From: Octopus bimaculoides
Taxonomy: Eukaryota
NCBI RefSeq assembly: GCF_001194135.2
Contig: NC_068986.1
Coordinates: forward strand, 33,186,002 to 33,250,001
Length of the DNA: 64,000 bases
Direction: 5' to 3'
This document shows positions 63,151-64,000 of the stretch, piece after piece. The position numbers and the translations under genes were made by a program. Every line of letters starts with the position of its first letter. Position 1 is the first letter of the stretch. Under the pieces are notes generated by a model. The model did no database searches, was not told the DNA's origin, and saw nothing but the letters and a program-made list of their open reading frames with translations.

Positions 63151-63958
63151 TTTATTTCTGATGTTCTTCCTTGATTTTGGTTAACTATACTACACAGTGT
63201 GTATTAAATGTAAGCTATACTACGCAGTGTTAATTAAACGTTTAACTGCCGTTCCTCTATAATATCAACGGGGAGATTTATAATGTCATGACCATTGTGG
63301 TTAACAAGTTCGCTTCGATATCATAACTTTTCGGGTTCGATACCACATCACAGCGACTTCTGAGTAAAGTTGTGTTGGCAATAACCGTGTGAAAAATCAT
63401 CGGTTAGATTGTATCAGTTGTTGGTTTAAAGAATTAATACTTCGTCTGGTTTAACACCACCATTTAACCCTTGGGTGCCTTTAGTTTATACTCTTCACAA
63501 CATTCAGTCTAGATCGTTGGTTTGTGGCTTCGTCTTTACCTTTCTCCACCATTCTTACACATTTCAAAAAGACATTTGGTAAAGTCTTCTTCCTCTGATT
63601 AACCTATAAGACAGAAATAAAGGGGGGGGGGTCATCATCACGCATGGGTTTTTCCTTCTAGGGGGAGGGGGCTATAAAACGATACATGTACTTCATTTAT
63701 TATGATAGGGAAGCTGATCTCCGTCTGTCTGTACGTAAGAACATCTGTGCAGGGAGAAGGAAGAATGGGAGGAGACAAATTGTTGTTGACAGAGAAGTAC
63801 AGAGAGAGAGAGCGGGGGAAAGTGGAAGAGAGTAAATGATAGATAAATAGGTGGTGTTGTCACCTTAGTTACTTACAAGTGTTAATTAAAAACGCGAGAA
63901 TTTCATGTGCAAATCTGTCTACAAAACGCAACACAGGTTTCAGAAAAAGGACTATATG

Positions 63959-64000
<42 letters not shown>

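Overview
This is a repeat-saturated, AT-rich animal genomic window from a gapped short-read assembly, with about 18 N-gaps that nearly all abut microsatellites. The repeat families resemble those I recall from Octopus, but this taxon call is an inference and is unverified. I found no host protein-coding gene, rRNA, true tRNA or CRISPR array that I can support. Almost all ORF-track entries are microsatellite or gap artefacts, or antisense read-through of transposon fossils. What can be supported is a layered transposon fossil record. It includes at least 7 R4/Dong-clade non-LTR remnants, all on the minus strand; four of their pieces are 3' ends next to (TAA)n tracts and one element is near full length with nested SINEs. 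There is also an RTE LINE 3' end, a Penelope-like RT fragment with several degenerate hammerhead-like motifs, a DD37D (maT) transposase, a Tigger/pogo transposase and a probable Gypsy integrase fossil. Non-autonomous DNA elements include mariner and hAT MITEs, an inverted mariner mosaic and a long-TIR foldback element. Three abundant SINE-type families are present, one of which forms head-to-tail arrays joined by (ATT)n. A few splice-signal-flanked candidate exons are reported at low confidence only.
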